This document shows, one piece after another, positions 1 to 13,200 of a DNA stretch of 64,000 nucleotides. Under the pieces are notes generated by a model. It did not search any database. It saw only the letters and a list, made by a program, of their open reading frames with translations, and was not told the DNA's origin. Both the position numbers and the translations under genes were made by a program. Each line of letters begins with the position of its first letter. Within the stretch, counting starts at the first letter, position 1. The stretch is from Orbicella franksi (lineage: Eukaryota): the NCBI GenBank assembly GCA_964199315.1, contig OZ116712.1, positions 5,084,001-5,148,000 of the forward strand, written 5' to 3'.

Positions 1-337
1 TACTGTTACAGTTACTGCTACTGTTACTGCTACTGCTACTGTTACTGTTACTGTTACTGAAACTGCTACTGCTACTGTTACTGTTACTGTTACTGTTACT
101 GTTACTGCTACTGCTACTGTTACTGTTACTGTTACTGCTGCTGCTACTGCTACTGTTACTGTTACTGCTACTGCTACTGTTACTGTTACTGTTACTGTTA
201 CTGTTACTGTTACTGTTACTGTTACTGTTACTGTTACTGTTACTGTTACTGTTATTGTTATTGTTATTGTTATTGTTGTTATTGTTATTGTTGTTGTTAT
301 TGTTATTGTTATTGTTATTGTTATTGTTATTGTTATT
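1..337. repeat. Compound hexamer microsatellite (TACTGT/TACTGC)n then (TATTGT)n
   Basis: Seen directly; intronic, upstream of the first FN3 exon. Confidence 0.97.
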
Positions 338-384
338 GTCGCCTACTGCCAATATGGTTATGCACCGTTTTTCCTTTACTCTAG

Positions 385-3300
385 CTCCAGATAATCCGCC
401 CATCAACATTACCGCAACAGTGATGTACCGCCCTAACATCACTTTTGACTACGTCATTATTACATGGGAACCGGTAAACGAGGGATTAAACGGAAAACTT
501 CGCGCATATAATATACGCTGGAGGCCTGCCGCAGGAAACGCAAGTTACAAGGAGGAACGTATTAACATAACATCCTCGCAATCTCGGAGGAGGAGGAGGA
601 GGAGCACGAACACGATAGGTGATTGCACCAACGACAGAATATTTGAGCTAAGAAATTTGAGTATTTACACCAATTATTCAGTCGAGGTCGCTGCCGTCAC
701 CGTCAAAGTTGGAGTATACAGTGATCCGAAGTATTTTCTCTCTCAGCAAGGAGGTATGCGTTGAATTTGATTAACACCTAATTTCTCATTACACTATCAA
801 GACATTCTAAAGAATTAACACTGACGTCGATAATGAAGTAAATGATCAACCAGGGAATCCTTAAGTTGATGTGATGTGTGATTTTCAGAACGCAACTAAA
901 CGAAATGTTCTGATGAGATCAGTTAGAAGGTTTTTATACTTTATTTCAAAGCTACCTGTGAGGGCGACAGACGCAGTACAGATTGAAAAAAGACAACCAG
1001 AGATAATGAAGATGTTTACACTTATCCGGCTTCAAATCCGTTTTTAACAATAGCTGTCTAATTTCTCGCGCGCTGATTGGCTCATTTTTATCATCAATAA
1101 GAGTACAGACGGATAAAGTTTTAATTTATGCAAGCTTTCAAGTTCAACTTTCAGCTGTCAAACTGTCAACTTTTTGACCAATGAGATTTTATGGACTTTT
1201 TAATTAGCCAATCAAAAAGCGAGAAAAGATATTGACAATGTTCGCGTCATTTTGAATAAAATTCACTCATCTTTGTTTATGACAAGTTTACGACGTCTTC
1301 TCTCCTCATTTATTCCTGGTATTTGACCATTTTGAGGTCTTGTTATTGAAAAAAACAAATTGACGTCAGTTTTTAATGACCACGAGCCGCAGGCAAGTGG
1401 TTTCGCAGTAAACTTTGACAATGTTATGACGAAATTCATCATCAATAAGAGGACAGACGCATAAAAAACGTACGTCAATTTGTTAATTTGGCGGCGGTTT
1501 CAAAATTATAATAATGGCTTATATGGCTAACTTTTAAACCATACTAAACATTAAATTTCAGTTGAATTCTTGATGGAGTAACACATTCTCATATTTTACA
1601 GGGAGTGAAATGCATGATCACTGATTAGGAGAATTGATATTTTCATCAATGAACTTTCTATCACTTGGTTCTATCCTGTAATAGTTCCATCATTGCCTCC
1701 TGGAAACGTAACTGCCTTCAATGAAAGTTCCACCGAGATTATGGTCACGTGGTCTCCGCCCAGTGAGGACAGTGTTCGCGGTGTACTTCTTGGCTATGAG
1801 ATTACTTACACTCCAGCTTGCAAAAATGCATCAGCGAGCCGAAGAGTTATGCTGTGTGGAAGAAATACATCATTTCACCTGGAAGAACTTTTAAAATACA
1901 CGCTATATAATATCACCGTCGCCGCCTTTACCCGAGTGGGTATCGGAAAAGAAAGTGAGATTGAGCAGACCTGGACCGATGAAGACAGTAAGTGAAGGCT
2001 ATCATGACGCTTATATTCGATTATTGGTAATTTTTAACGTACAATACCTTTTTCACAAACTTTGACACAATTCAGTTTTAAGTTGTACTTTTCAGTTTAA
2101 AGAAAGGAAATCATGACACGGTGCTGGTGTTTGGATATCTGGTCTTAATTTACATAGATTTTCACGACTTTATCTCTCCGTTTTCTCCTTAGTTTTAGTT
2201 TCGATTGAGAAGTGATATATCAGGCACTCAAGACAGAGTTTGACCACATTTTCAAACACAGCGCAATTCGTCAAAAATACTCCGCTATGCGCCATATTTC
2301 AACTCTCTTCTCGGTGTTTAGAAACGTGACCAAACACAGACTTCCGTTTTTGATATACAGTTGAACCTCGCTGTTTCGAACTCTCTGGGGAAATGAAACA
2401 TAGTTCAAAGTAGCCGATAGTAAACGACTGAATGGCAAATCCGAGCGAAATGGTTTGAGTTCGAGATAACGGATAATTCGAAATAACCGCGGTCGCCATG
2501 TTAGGGGGGGTCCAACTGTATTACATACCGGGAACTCGAGATTGATACAAATACTACAAAGATATCTAAAAGATGTGATATGAAAGACACAGTTACGATC
2601 GATTCAAAGGGCAAGTTGGATTAAATCTTACATTTGACATTATTTTTGTGTGTTTAGAACCGGACGCGGCTCCAGAAAACGTCAGCGCAGTATCCACGAC
2701 GTTTTCCAGTATAAACGTAAGCTGGGAACCTGTACCTAAGGCGGAACAAAATGGCATCATCACTGAATACGAAGTGAACGTGTCGAAAGTTAGCGGAGGG
2801 TTGGAAAGCCAAACTAACATCTTTACTAAAAACCTCAGTGCTGTGATACAGAACTTAACAATGTTGGTGATGTATAGGATTGAAGTCCGGGCTCATACAC
2901 GTAAAGGACCTGGGGAGTACAGTCCGCCAAAAAAGCTGATGACGTTGGAAACAGGTAATGCTTTCAGGAAATAGCATGAGTCTCATCTCCTTTTAGTTTT
3001 GAAAAAAAAAAAAAAATTGTAGCCACTTTATTAAGACAAGAGAAGGACAAAATTTCCTGCAAGAAATGGTTAAACTTCATTTCGTGTTTCAGTTTGAAAC
3101 ATCTCAACATTGGCCACTGAAGCCCGTATTGCATATAAGTGCATATAAGAGGAAAGTTGTGTGGAAGGACTTTTGTCTCTATACCAAATAGCAGGTCAAT
3201 TGCTCCAGAACAATTAACATCCTGGTTTATACCTGCCTTGATTGTTATAAAATTACACAAACACTTTTGAGTAATTTTTCATGTCCTTGAAAGCTAGTCA

Positions 3301-6300
3301 GGGCCTTGTACCTTACAATATTCAATCTGTTTTGCCACCCTCTAGCGATCAGGAGCAAGCATGTGAAAACCAGCCTTTAGTTTCTTATTTGACATTTCCT
3401 CTGTATCGTTGTTACTGTAAGAGAAACAATCGATATAATAATACCTTCACGCCAGTCGCAATCATTTTAAAAGGTATATTTAGTTTAAATACCTGTAGTT
3501 TGTGGTGCCTTATCCAACACAAAACGAAGTTTAGTGCAGAACAAAGATCAAACCAGCGTGGGAACAGGAATGTATCAGTGGTGAGAGCGCTCACCTACCC
3601 CCAATGTGGCCTGGGTTCGATTCCGGCTCGGTGCCATATTTGGGTTGCGTTTGTTGTTGGTTCTCGCCTTGCTCCGCGAGTTTTTCCTTGGGTACGCCGG
3701 TTTTCCTTCCTCCAGTAAAACCAAGATCTCCAAAATCCAGTTCCACTCGGAGAGAGGACCCGCGTGAAAATCACCTAAGGCTGATATGGCTTTCACGCTA
3801 GATATTGTAATTTATTTCATTTATGACACGTTTTCGGGGATTCAGAGCACATCATAGGAGCGGAAGAAAATTTGAACGTGCGAGATAGGTACAACGAGAG
3901 ATAACAAGAAATTTCGTTCGAGCCAACTTCGCACGTATTTAGATTGATGAAAACTGACCAAAAAAACACTTCTCCTAAAATTGAAGTTAATACAATTGTT
4001 TGTCATAAACACGATGCAGCATCAATATCACGAATAGCACCTGTTTCCATTACAATTTAAAGATAGTTCAATTCAATTCAATTTTAATTTAAACTCTCGC
4101 AAACATAAATTTTACAGAGGTGTCAGAAAAAAAAAGAATACATAAAAATATATACAAATTACATTTTTACCACAATTGCTACTAATCTCGCGATCTGATT
4201 GGCTAATTTGCCGTTGTCGATAAGAGTCCAGACAGCGCTACTCGCGTCAATGTGTCACGCAATGCCTTTTTCAGCTCGCGCTCTTGAAAAAACATTTTGT
4301 TTATTAGTTGATATTGTGGTAGAAAAACAAGTCGAATGTGGTTTAGTGCTGTCTGTACTCTTATCGACAACGATACGCGTCATCACAATCACACTGGTCA
4401 AAATTTTTTGTGGACTCACGAGGCGCCGAGTGAGTCCACAACACTTTGACGACTGTGATGACGCGTACTCGTTGTCGACAAGAGTACAGACAACGTTAAA
4501 TCACATTCGATTTGTTAAATAGATGATGATAAATAGCATTAATGAAACAATTTACTATTGTGATTAAAAAGTAAATTGTTAAAGATAGAAAGAAAAGGAG
4601 AAAAAGAAAGACAAATAGCTTAACTACAAGGTTGATTGTGTGGAGTTTAGGACACCTAGTAAATAGTTATATGGAACTAATCGAGTAGGTGCCCCAAAGT
4701 AACTAAATTCAGCAGAAGGAATGCAGTGTTAAATAAACAATTTAGGTTAAAAGTTTTTCTTCCAGATCTAACTACAGAAGAATTAATTACATTTCAACTT
4801 AACAACTAGTAATATTATTATAATAGCTTTTGTTGTTGTTTCTCTTTCCAGCCCCTTCCGTTGTTCCCACCAACCTTACAGCCCGTCTTACCACCGGAAC
4901 CGCAGTTATAGTAGAGTGGCAAATTGCAGACCTGGAACCTGGGTTTAGACTCCGGCGATACGTGGTATTTTACAGAGAATTGGTATATGGAGGGAATAAC
5001 AAAACCTTAAATACGAGCTCCGATGTAACGCAGGAAACTCTACGCGGTCTGAATTTTTTCACTACGTATGAAATCAAAGTGGCGGCGGCCACCAATTTCA
5101 TAGGAAGTTACAGCGAACCGGTTAATGTTACAACCAAAGAAGGAGGTAAGACAATAATTCAGCTATCAAGAGGAAATGGGGAAAAAAAAATCCAGATCCT
5201 TAAGCTTCACAATTAAGCCAGTCCATTACGAGGGTCAAGATGAGGATACTGCAATGTAGGTCATCAATTGGACTATTGTAAATGTCTGGCGATTTCTCGG
5301 CTATCAGCTTTTTGAACTACAGCCATTTCTCATGATCAGCTGCAATACATTTTGCAGATCTGACACCTCAGCTATCAATTAGCAACGCGTTATTTCTGAC
5401 CTGACAGAAAAATGTTGAGAGAATCTCAGTTGTCAGTTAAAACTTGAGCTAGACACTCTACTATTAGTGCATTATTTAATTAATCTTCATTAATCGTCAT
5501 TAATCTTATCTTTATTACGCTTGCCTCGACTTAGTTAAGTAACAATGCACGAATACCTGGAATGATTCAGTTTGCGGAACAAACATAATGGAAGCGCTCT
5601 GTATACCGTAAACTGCCGCTGATAAGCGCTCCCGCTTATAAGTCTCCCCTCTCTTGCCCCTTCCCCCCTCCCCCCTCCCCCCCCCCCCCCCCGCGCATAT
5701 AGGTCCATCTTCCTATAAATGAACAAAATATTACTTGCGATTATAAGTCTCCCCGGATATAAGCCCTCTTCTAGTTTAAAAGGAAATGAGATCTATTTAT
5801 TACGATGTTTTAAGGCTAGATTAAAAACCAGTATAAGAAAAACTTATCGCGATCAACACCGGCTGTAGCTCATTACGAAGCTGTATTAGCCCGGGGCTCA
5901 TAAGCCACAGTTTACGGTGTATGTGTATGTCCACAGCGCATGTCTTGTAGTTCTGTGCATTGAGTGGAATTGCGGGTATAATGTAGAACGTTTCTCGTTA
6001 TTGTTGTAGTACCACAGGGAGCCCCAGTAAACGTCACAGTGGTTCCAGAGACAAATTCTAGCATACGAGTGAGTTGGGAGCCTGTACCCAAGGAGGAGCG
6101 TAACGGGACTATCACTCACTACAATGTCAGAGTGACGAACAAAAGCAGCGGGGAAGTGTTAAATAAGAATTTGAATGTGAGCGGAGGGGAAGTTAAACAA
6201 TCAACGTTGATACAAAACTTGGAGATGTATGTCACCTACATCTTTCAAGTCCGGGCTTTCACCAAAGAAGGCGCAGGTCCTTTTAGTCAACCTTCCGTCA

Positions 6301-9300
6301 ACGGAACGACTACACAGACAGGTAAAGCTGCCCAAGAAGAACAACTGTAAGGAGAATCAAAATTTGAGACGCTCATTCGTCGCTTTAAAATAAGTGTTCG
6401 TCGGTGGGAAAGACGAAAAACGTCTAGTCATCCCGGGGCAGGGGTGCCTTGGTGTTGTGGTTGCGTAGATCGCTTTTCCAACCGATCCACGCCAGGAAGG
6501 TCCACGCCTCCACCCCCCACACACCTTATCACAGGGTGTGGTGGCGGCAGTAGTAGGTATACTAGCCCTTGCTTTTCCAGCTTGTCTGCCACCTTCGGCT
6601 GCAGCTAGTGATCTCGTTGGTTTTACATGTTGTGTGTAGCCGAACGCCATTCGGGATGTCCAGAGCAGCCTGTTCCCAGCTGTCGTGCTTAACGTTAAAG
6701 GTCTTGAGAGAAGCTTTCAGTGTGTCGTTGAAGCAGTTCTAATGGCCTCCTTTGGAATGCTTGCTTAGGCCGAGTTAGCTATATAAGACTATTTTTGAAA
6801 ACCGCTGGTCTGGCACGCGATCCACATCACCTGCCGAGCTTAGCTGGGCAAGAGAAAGCGAGCTTTATAACGTAAATTTGTCTACGATGTAATTTTATCG
6901 AAAGCGAGCTTTATACTGTAAAGAGAGTTATAACACAGAATGGATAAAATTTTGACTAATCCTTTTGGACCGACAATTTCTAGAAGCTTAAATTCTTGAC
7001 TAGGCTTTAAAAACAAACACAAATCAAAATTAATACCTTGTAGAACGGCACTTGGCAATGGACGAGAATGTATTGCAAAAAAAGGTATGACTAAAAATAG
7101 CGAATGTATAAACGGGCTTAATCTATCAATCAGTCCGATAGCAACAGGTCACGTTTTTCTGCGCGACAAGTCACGGTGTCCGTTGAGTGACAGTTACAGA
7201 AACCAAAGAGAAAAGGAATGCCGTATATCGTCGAATTAGCCCCCTCCCCCCTCGAATAAGCGCCCCCTTCGAATAAGCGTCCCTCCTATCGGCCAAAATT
7301 CAAAATAAGCGCCCCCTCCTCTCCTCTTATTTTGTGGACGTGTACTGAGACAACAAAGGATGCATAGTTTTCGATTTGTACATTGTTTCAGTTTGTGAAC
7401 ACGTTAAGTACTAACGGTGCCGCGATTTAAACTTCAGGATCAGCTTTTTATGTCGATAAACAGCTCATGCTGTTATTTACGCGCAGATGATGTATTGAAA
7501 AAAAAATGATCATATCAGGCCACCAAACAATGGAAACAGTGTTCGGTGAAATTTGTGAAATCTCGGAGCTTGTCAAAAATGTTGAACTGATCGAGTTCCC
7601 TTTTACCTTTCATTACCAGCTCCTGACGTTGTCTTGAACGTCACTGCAGAAGCTCAAAGCAACTCCACTATTATGGTCACATGGAAAATAGAACACATTC
7701 ACGACCGGTTGAGAGCAAAGAACCTCACAATAGAGTATTGCGAAATGAAACGAAATAAGCCAGAGGAATTGGATAAGGGTTGCAATCCCTGCAAATACAA
7801 GAACATCACTGAAATAACAGATATAATAAGCTCACATACAGAACTTCTTACTGGTCTGCGGAGCTATACGAGATACCGCGTCAAAGCGAAAGCAATAAAC
7901 ATCGTTGCTAAAGATGGGACGGAAGTTACAACTCCGTATGGGAAGTACAGCAACCCGAGTTATAGCAAAACACAAGAGGGAGGTGAGGAATTCGTTTTTC
8001 TTAAAATAGGTTTTGATTGATTCATTGATTGATTGCGTTCGAGAGGTTCTAATCGGGTAATGGACAAAAAAATTGAGTTGCTGAGTATGTATCTCTCAAT
8101 GGACACCAATCCCCCCCCCCCCAAAAAAAAAATTCTTCAGGGGCGAATGACATCATATCCCTGTTCGTCCAGGTGATCTTTCGAGTGTTGTGCAATATTG
8201 CGGACTTCCGAGTGTCAAGGCAGCTTATTGTAGACTGTAGCGGATGAGTGGTTTATTTAAAGTTTCAAGTTAGTGTTAATGGTATTTAAAAACCTTGCAG
8301 ACATGTCATTACGAAATGTGTACGACTTTTCGTACCAACAGAAAACTGTAGTTTGGCTGCGTGTCGTGTACCCTCTTCTCTTCGACCAAAACGAACGTTG
8401 CTTTCTGCTGAATAAATCAAAGGAGGAAATGTGTAGTTTCACTTTGCTGGACTAGATTTCTGTTTGCAAAATATGTAACATAAACCCAACGAAAGTGTTT
8501 TCATAGGAAAAGAGTTCAACCCCCACAGGATTACTTTAGTACACCAACATGTCCTCCGTTTCACTGTTTCGGACTTGAAAATGCTCAATAGCTGTTCTTC
8601 CAAAGCCAAGGCGATTCAAAGTCGTGTTCGTAAATAGAATAATTGTCCTAGTTTGGGTAATAAATGCACGTTGTATCGCATTCCGACGAAACAGGCAACG
8701 TTTGTGTAGATTTACACAGTCGAGAATCGTAGGGTTCCGGTCAGTATGAAATATGGACTGCGGACTGCGGACTGCGGACTGCGGACTGCGGACTGCGGAC
8801 TCCAGGACTGGGTATAAAACACGGACTGAGGCATAAAACGAGGAATAAGCATTACGGACTGGGTATAAAACACGGACTCGGGTATAAAACGCGGACTGCA
8901 GACTAAATGCGGCCTACCGACTGCAGTCCGTGTTTTATACTGACTGGTCGGACCTGTTAAATATTACACGATACATGTATAAACGCGAACAAACCCTCTC
9001 GTATGCACGTGCTTTTCGATCAATTCATTTGTTTTCGCTCCCGCTGTAGGGAGCCAAATTTCACGTCTACCTATCAGCTCCGGCACAAAATGCTTTTCCT
9101 AGAATTTTTGCTTTTTCAACATACCGAACCACCAGTACTCGAACGCACTCTTTAATCTACGATTACTACTAGTATAACTATTTAATTGATTTAAGTGCTA
9201 CCTTCGCCGAAGGAATTTTGAGTGACTGATTAAGAGAGCCTCCCAGGGGTCGTAGGATGTTCTCCTGATACCTTGAAAATTTCACTTTTTCTCTCTTGTT

Positions 9301-10230
9301 CCATATAAATAAATTGCATTTTCGCTTGATTTCATTTTGTTCAAGGTTCCCTTTAATAGAGGATCTAGGAAACATCCCTTGTTTCTTTAAGTTGATCCCA
9401 AAAATATCTCTGTTCCCTTGAAATATATGATCAGGTTCCCTTGTTCCCCCAAAACCCCTGGGAGGTCCTGTCACTAACTGGCTGACTGACTGACTGACTG
9501 ACTGTCTGACTGACTGTCTGACTNNNNNNNNNNNNNNNNNNNNNNNNNNNNNNNNNNNNNNNNNNNNNNNNNNNNNNNNNNNNNNNNNNNNNNNNNNNNN
9601 NNNNNNNNNNNNNNNNNNNNNNNNNNNNNNNNNNNNNNNNNNNNNNNNNNNNNNNNNNNNNNNNNNNNNNNNNNNGACTGATCGATCGATCGACATTTAC
9701 ATACGTTAAGTCGATAAAAATCTTAAACCATCCTATCCACTATGAGAAGTGTTAAAAAAATCCGTATTGAAACACTAAACAAATCTAAAAGATGACAAAA
9801 GTTAAATTGAGACCTTAAACTACTGTAAAAACTTTTAAATATCCAAGCTTTCGCCGATCCACAGCATCATCGGGGGGGGGGGGGGGGGGCGGGGGATAAG
9901 AGAAATATTCCGCGTAAGGCTCAAATACAAATGTAAAGTAAAAACGTGTGAAAAGCGAAAGAATGGACGGAATAAAATGTTTTAGATAAATAATAAGGAA
10001 CATATGTAATAAAATACGAATATTATGATCTAATGGGCGAGTGTCAATATACAAAAAGTCTCGCTAGATATGCTAAAATAGTCATTGGAACAAAACGTCC
10101 GCAAATTCGCTGCATTCCACTCGGGAGTTGAGAGTAGGTTTGTATTTTCGTATGTAAAATGCTTCGAACAGGCGTAGGTTTGCGGGATCCGCAAACGTAC
10201 TAAAAGAAATTTGAAATCTAAAAGAATTAC

Positions 10231-10269
<39 letters not shown>

Positions 10270-13200
10270 CTCGATTGATCGATCGATTATTTAATCAACT
10301 GGTCAGTTCACTTGAGTCACGTTTTCGTTCAAAAAATTTCAATCATATCTACATTTCCCTTAATCAATTGCTTGTGTAGGGTAAAGTCTGAATACGAACC
10401 AAGTGGCCCATCAGGCCGGAGGATATCCCGGTTCTGTAGCGAGTAGGAGTATTTCTAATCGCCCCTAGATGGGACGCTAGTCCATCGTAGGGTTACCCCA
10501 GGCAGTAAATTCGCCAGTACCCATTTGTGCGAGCGCACTAACCATGAGGCCACCGTGCCTCTACCATTGACCATTGAACAATTGTACCGAAGACAGGGGA
10601 GGCCTCATGGTTAGTGCGCTCGTCTCCGGATTGAGTGGTCTGGGTTCGAGCCCTGGCCGGGGACATTGCGTTGTGCTCTCAGGCAAGACACTTTATTCTC
10701 ACAGTACCTCATTCAACTCAGGTGTAAAAATGGGTACCAGGGAACGTAATGCTGGAGGTAACCCTACGATGGACTGGCATCCCATCCAGGGGGGAGAAGA
10801 AATACTTCTAGTCGCTTCATGCCACAGAAACCGGGATAAGCTGCGGCCTGATGGGCCACTTGGCTCGTGTGCAGACTTAACCCTACCGAGGACTGGTTAC
10901 GGTTCTTTTATTGTTCGGGTTTTATCTGACCGTTGACTTCTAGTAACATAGAATAATAAAAATAATTTACAAGGTAAGGTAACGTATAAAAATCAGCCGA
11001 AAATTTCCGATTGATTTCCGAATGTTGGGAGAAAGGCAGTCGGATTGTTCAATGCTTCACACCGCGCGTCCTCATCAAGAACTCTGCGCTATTAATAAAT
11101 AAATGCATTACTTGTTACGCAACATTACGTGACGCCCTTAATGCCACGTAATCAGATTTAGATTTGGTGTTGGCGAGTAACAGTTTCAATGCATTATGGG
11201 AGGTGAGTGTAATGATCATGATTGAACAAATTCCGGGCACAGAACTCATAGATAGCAAGTGTAACGTGCTCCTACTTTACCATCCCACAGTTCCTGGGGA
11301 CCCACCGGCAAATGTCAGCGCCAGCCCAGACAGCACCACGAGCATCAAAGTGAAATGGGATCCAGTAACGGAGTGCAAAACAAATGGAGAAATCATCAAT
11401 TACATCGTTGAGGTGTATAACAGTACTTTGGGGGAAGTAAACTATGCTAATGTCAGCGGGAGTGAATTTTCCAAGGTCATTAAGGGCCTACAAGAGTACA
11501 CAAATTACTCTGTTAAAGTGTTCGCCGCGACGGCCAAGGGCGAAGGTCCATCAAGTGAATATAAAAACACGACAACTCACCAGCCAGGTTCGTATAAAGA
11601 AAACAATTTTTTCATTGCCGGCGAGTGAAGGACATAAATTTACGCTGCTCTGTGGCGCGGAGGGTAAGACAATGGCATTTACATTTAATGAGTGAAATCT
11701 GAGCAAGTTTGTGGACGATGATGAATTAATTTTCCGTAATTCTGCACCTAAGAGTGTTTCTAAAACACCTTTCTCACGAGAGTTATTCTACCAATAGACC
11801 ATATTCGTACTCACGGTATTGCACTGGAACTAGCTTGCAAGTGAGGCTCATGCAGGCAATCTATTCAAATGCAAATGACGTAACGCTGTTTTTAATGATA
11901 TTCTCCCGCATTAACCTCCATTGCAAGCTGGTTCCAGTCCAATACCGAGTATACGAAACTGGTCTATTCAAGAAGCTCCGCTGCGCAAAGTTTTGTCTTC
12001 ATTAGGCAAGAAGCTCTCTCTCTTTTTTCTTACAAATAGGAGAATATGAATAGAGTTCAGCTAATCCCGCCCCCCCCCCCCCCAATAATAGTTAGAAATT
12101 GGGCAAAATGATATCTGTCGGCAGAGAAATGGCCTGTTTTTAACAGGTAACTCAGAAATGAACTGAAACTTAAAGGGGCTCAGTCACGGAATTTTGAGTT
12201 ATTTTGGCCACATACAAAATTACCTTTAAATGGTAGGAAACCTGAAAATAACAGTTGAATAAGATAGAAAAACACCAAAGAGATAATAATAAACCATAAA
12301 GGAACAAGGATGGCTAAGGATGGAGAAGATTAGCACGGATTACAAGCGACGAATTTAAAGAATTTAAGCTAAACTTTTCAATATGCGCAAACCGTGACTG
12401 AGCTCCTTTAAAGTGATTGCTGAGATATCACAAAACAAAATTGACAACAGGCAAAATGACAACAGGTAGATTCTGGGTATGAATCAGTGCACAAGTTTAT
12501 AAGTCGCATCGTCCCAGCAGCTGCAAGACGGTCACTTTTGAGGTTTTGGTACGTGTGTTGGCAATAGGCCACACACGGGTCCTGTCCAAAAGAGGGTCAT
12601 GTACGCCTGCGCACAGACAATTACCCGAAGAGCCCCGTGGAGGGGTAGTTATGGGCAGTTGTTTTGTCCGGATGAGGACTAATCATTATAGATCTCCTAA
12701 TTGGTTAACAAACTTCTACAGACACAAAAAATCACTATGTAAAAGTCCGTATGGCCGCCTTTTTAACTTTTTACCTAGGACAGTCCCGAAACTGTATTAA
12801 ATGCAAAAATACCTCAATTGTGACACACCAGACAAGGATTGGAACATATTTTATTTTCAGCACCGAAGACTGTTCCTGAAAATGTCACTGCTGTGGCCAC
12901 AGGGAATTCAACTATTCATGTAAAGTGGAGTTCCATAGACATTTCATCCAATAATAGTTTCCGAGGATTCAGTGTAAAGTATGAGGCAGACGGGCATCCA
13001 AAAAGGAGTGGAGAAAATAAGACAGGGCACACCAACGAAATTACATTAACTGGGCTTAGAATGTTCACTAGATACAAGATCCGAGTTGCAGCGCGCACGA
13101 CACAAAATGGGAACTACAGCAAAGCGGCTTACGCGAAAACCCGGGAAGGAGGTAAGAACAGGAAAATCTATATGAAACATAATATACCATTTCCGAGTTA

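Noticed and set aside
255-340. Poly-Leu N-terminus resembling a signal peptide
   Set aside because: Translation of an intronic (TATTGT)n microsatellite; the real exon begins at the acceptor at 384.
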